A DNA stretch of 64,000 nt from Elusimicrobiota bacterium. GTDB lineage: Bacteria > Elusimicrobiota > Elusimicrobia > JACQPE01. This document shows positions 61,768 through 64,000 of this stretch, piece after piece; the first letter of the stretch is position 1, and each line of letters starts with the position of its first letter. A model generated the notes under the pieces. The model was not told where the DNA came from. It was given only the letters and a program-made list of their open reading frames with translations, and did no database searches. The DNA lies in assembly GCA_016205025.1 (NCBI GenBank), contig JACQJO010000029.1:97759-161758 (forward strand), written 5' to 3'. Made by a program: the position numbers and the translations under genes.

Positions 61768-62144
61768 ATGTTGACAACGGAACTGAAAACTGCAAAGGCC
61801 CAATGTTTTGAAGATTTGATTGTATGGCAGAAGGCTCATCAAGCCGTCCTTTATATATACAAACTGACAAAAAATTTTCCTTCCGATGAACGCTACAACT
61901 GGTTTCGCAAATGCGTAGGGCCGCCGTATCCGTAGCCGCCAATATTGCCGAAGGTTTCAAAAAGAGATCAACAAAAGATAAAAGTAATTTCTACAATATC
62001 GCCCAAGGTTCTCTTGAGGAGTTGCGTTATTATTTGTTGCTTTCAAGAGATTTGGGGTATATTGGTGACAACGAACTTCTGTCTAACCAAATGGACGAGG
62101 TCGGGCGGATGCTTAACGGTTTAATTGCTTCCCTTAAATCCTAG
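61768..62144 (+). pseudogene. Four-helix-bundle protein gene (TIGR02436 family), frameshifted
   Basis: The N-terminus 'MLTTELKTAKAQCFEDLIVWQKAHQAVLYIYKLTKNFPSDERYN' is in one frame. The C-terminus 'LVSQMRRAAVSVAANIAEGFKKRSTKDKSNFYNIAQGSLEELRYYLLLSRDLGYIGD...' is in the +1 frame. A single missing base lies near 61893 ('tacaac|tggtt' where 'tacaacctggtt' is expected). This is a pseudogene or a sequencing error. Confidence 0.6.
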
Positions 62145-63390
62145 TCGCTCTTCCCTACCTACTACCTACTACCTACTACCTACTATCCTTCTTCTTGCCA
62201 GTTGCTCTCATCTCCCCTCGCGCAAGGCGTCTGATTCCTGGACTGTCCGCGATTTAGTCCAAACCTCCGAAGAAGTTCGTCCCCTCGCTTGCGCGTTCGA
62301 TCAGACGGGCCAACTTCGTGTTATCTACGCCGCCAGGGAAAAGATGTTTCACGTGGCTGCGCCTGAAGGGTTTAGCGCGGGGGGGTTGCCCGAAACGCTT
62401 CCTTTTTCGGCTCCCCCGTCCAGAACGCCGGCCAGTCTGATTTTTGACGCCCAAAACCGCGCTCATTTTTTTTATCAGGGAAAAAACGGCTTGCATTACG
62501 CTATCCGTCAAAACGAAGGGTGGATTTTGGCTCTCCTGACCGACCATTTAAGAAACGGGGCTTCCTGGCAAACTTTTTTTGACAGCCAAAATGTTCCCAC
62601 CATTATTTTCGAGCACAGGGAAAACTTTCTGGCTGTGACAAAACCGACAACGGCCGGCTGGCGGGAACTGCGCTTGCCCCTGTCGGACAAAAACGAACCG
62701 GGGCGCATCGTCTGTTCAACCGCCAAGCTGGATGCCGAGCACAAGCGGCTCCACTTCGCGGCGATTCGAGAAAAAAACAAAAAGGCCCATCTTTGGTACG
62801 CGGCGGCCAATATCACCAATTACCCGCAAAGAACCGTCTCGGCCCCGACAGGCATCCAAGAGATGCTCTCAACGGACGGGGTTTGGGAAGAAACTTTTTC
62901 TCTTTTTGAATTTAAGGTCAATTCAATCGGCGGCTGTACTGTTAATCTCGGCAATGATTTACCCGGCAGTATTCACTTCACCTGGGTGGACTGGGCCAAA
63001 AAACAATGGACCGGAAAGGAACATCTTCGATTCGGCCGCTACGATAAGGAATGGAAAATCAAAACCTTAGAAAAAAATATCGCCTCTGGAAACCGGGGGC
63101 TTGTTTTCGCGCGGGATTCAAACGGCACGGATCAATTCGATCTTGTTGTTTTTAATCCCACGACGCAGGTTTTGCGTTACCTTGCTTTAGACGAAGAAGG
63201 GGCGATGCGGGAAAAAGGAACGATTCCTTTCTTGTCCGGCGCGCCGCCCTGCCTGGCTTTGAAAAAGGGAACCCCGCAAGTGGGGCGAGGGAAAAAAGAT
63301 GTGGGTAACAGTAAGCCTGGTGGAGGGGCGTGGATCGTGGTTAGTCAGAAGGAAGGACTGAAAGCTTTCGTTGAGAACGCACGGCCTTAG
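62125..63390 (+). CDS. Hypothetical lipoprotein
   Basis: 421 aa with a TTG start. Signal peptide with lipobox 'ILLLAS|C'. No recognisable catalytic motifs. Confidence 0.5.
   Translation: MLPLNPSRSSLPTTYYLLPTILLLASCSHLPSRKASDSWTVRDLVQTSEEVRPLACAFDQTGQLRVIYAAREKMFHVAAPEGFSAGGLPETLPFSAPPSRTPASLIFDAQNRAHFFYQGKNGLHYAIRQNEGWILALLTDHLRNGASWQTFFDSQNVPTIIFEHRENFLAVTKPTTAGWRELRLPLSDKNEPGRIVCSTAKLDAEHKRLHFAAIREKNKKAHLWYAAANITNYPQRTVSAPTGIQEMLSTDGVWEETFSLFEFKVNSIGGCTVNLGNDLPGSIHFTWVDWAKKQWTGKEHLRFGRYDKEWKIKTLEKNIASGNRGLVFARDSNGTDQFDLVVFNPTTQVLRYLALDEEGAMREKGTIPFLSGAPPCLALKKGTPQVGRGKKDVGNSKPGGGAWIVVSQKEGLKAFVENARP
62152..62182. repeat. (CTACCTACTAC)n right inverted-repeat arm of four-helix-bundle cassette 2, lying within the N-terminal coding region of the downstream lipoprotein gene
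   Basis: 'cctacctactacctactacctactacctact'. It encodes 'LPTTYYLLPT' of the predicted lipoprotein signal peptide. Confidence 0.75.
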
Positions 63391-64000
63391 CCAGAATCTG
63401 GGCCGTTTGATCCAAATCTTCCAAGCTGGTATCCCGCCCAAAAGAAAAACGCAGGCTCCCCCGGCTCCACTTGTCTTCCAAACCCATGGCGGCAAGCACG
63501 CGCGAGGCTTTGGTCACTCCCGAAGCGCAGGCGCTTCCGGTTGAAACCAAAACGCCCTCCAAATCAAGCGCGATCATTAAATTCTTTCCCTCCAGGCCGG
63601 CGAAGGAAACGTGCGTGGTGTTGGCAACTCGAAATTCGCGATGCCCGTTAAAACGTGCGTCTTCGATTAAACCCGCAATTTTTTCTTCGAATGAACGGCG
63701 CAAGGATGCCAAATGACTCATAAAGCCCGGCAGTTCTTTAACCGCCAATTCCAACGCCGCGCCCAGCCCAACGGCGAAAGCGACGTTTTGGGTTCCGGCG
63801 CGCAGGCCGCCTTCCTGATGGCCGGGGAATAGGGGGCGAGGGGGTGATGAGGCGAGGGGGTGATGAGGTGATAAGGTGGTCGCCTTATCAATCCATAACG
63901 CTCCTATCCCCTTGGGACCGCCGATTTTGTGACCCGAGATCGCCACGGTTGTGGCTCCTAAATCTTGAACCGAGAAAGGTATTTTACCCGCGGCCTGCAC
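63341..64000 (-). CDS. Cysteine desulfurase (IscS/NifS family), C-terminal part; the gene continues beyond the window end
   Basis: PLP-lysine region 'SGHKIGGPKGIGALWI' and 'GGLRAGTQNV'. An in-frame ~16-aa insertion 'TTLSPHHPLASSPPRP' is encoded by the tandem repeat 'gagggggtgatgaggcgagggggtgatgagg' plus the palindrome 'tgataaggtggtcgccttatca' (63836..63892). Confidence 0.8.
   Translation of the reverse strand: MQAAGKIPFSVQDLGATTVAISGHKIGGPKGIGALWIDKATTLSPHHPLASSPPRPLFPGHQEGGLRAGTQNVAFAVGLGAALELAVKELPGFMSHLASLRRSFEEKIAGLIEDARFNGHREFRVANTTHVSFAGLEGKNLMIALDLEGVLVSTGSACASGVTKASRVLAAMGLEDKWSRGSLRFSFGRDTSLEDLDQTAQILAKAVRSQRKLSVLPSD

Overview
GC-rich bacterial chromosomal window, phylum not determinable from sequence. 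From 331 to 18312 on the minus strand it carries a syntenic housekeeping block. In order: rimP, nusA, infB, rbfA, a DHH phosphoesterase, truB, a cNMP-binding gene, ribF, rpsO, pnp, accB, a small wHTH gene, ftsK, lolA-like, rodZ-like, pgsA. A membrane protein with a FliG-like domain lies upstream of the block. Next comes an accessory island. It holds a degenerate Phd/YefM-PIN toxin-antitoxin pair and an IS200/RAYT-like tyrosine transposase flanked by perfect palindromes. It also holds an outer-membrane beta-barrel (FadL/PorV-like) protein with C-terminal TPR repeats, and a four-helix-bundle gene cassette. After this comes a single 37.6-kb ORF (21725..59344, minus strand) of about 12,500 aa. It has a signal peptide, LamG/ConA-like modules and three C-type lectin-like domains. 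It also has dozens of Kelch-like beta-propeller blades, Ig/FN3-like repeats and a C-terminal domain resembling the T9SS sorting domain. Downstream lie a second RAYT-like transposase with its own palindrome family, a zinc-ribbon/TPR membrane protein, and a frameshifted second four-helix-bundle cassette. A putative lipoprotein and the 3' part of a cysteine desulfurase gene close the window. The most striking aspect is the density of palindromic and tandem-repeat elements, which sit both between genes and in frame inside genes. A 51-57 nt perfect palindrome (core TAGGGACAGACAC) flanks the first transposase. The same palindrome is inserted four times, in frame, at equivalent inter-domain linkers of the giant gene, and it encodes the same peptide on both strands. 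Other repeat families sit at gene boundaries or inside the 5' ends of several secreted-protein genes, where they encode hydrophobic signal-peptide-like stretches. Repeat insertions also lie in frame inside ribF, truB, nusA and the cysteine desulfurase gene. All calls come from reading the six-frame translations and the nucleotide sequence by eye; no database search was possible.
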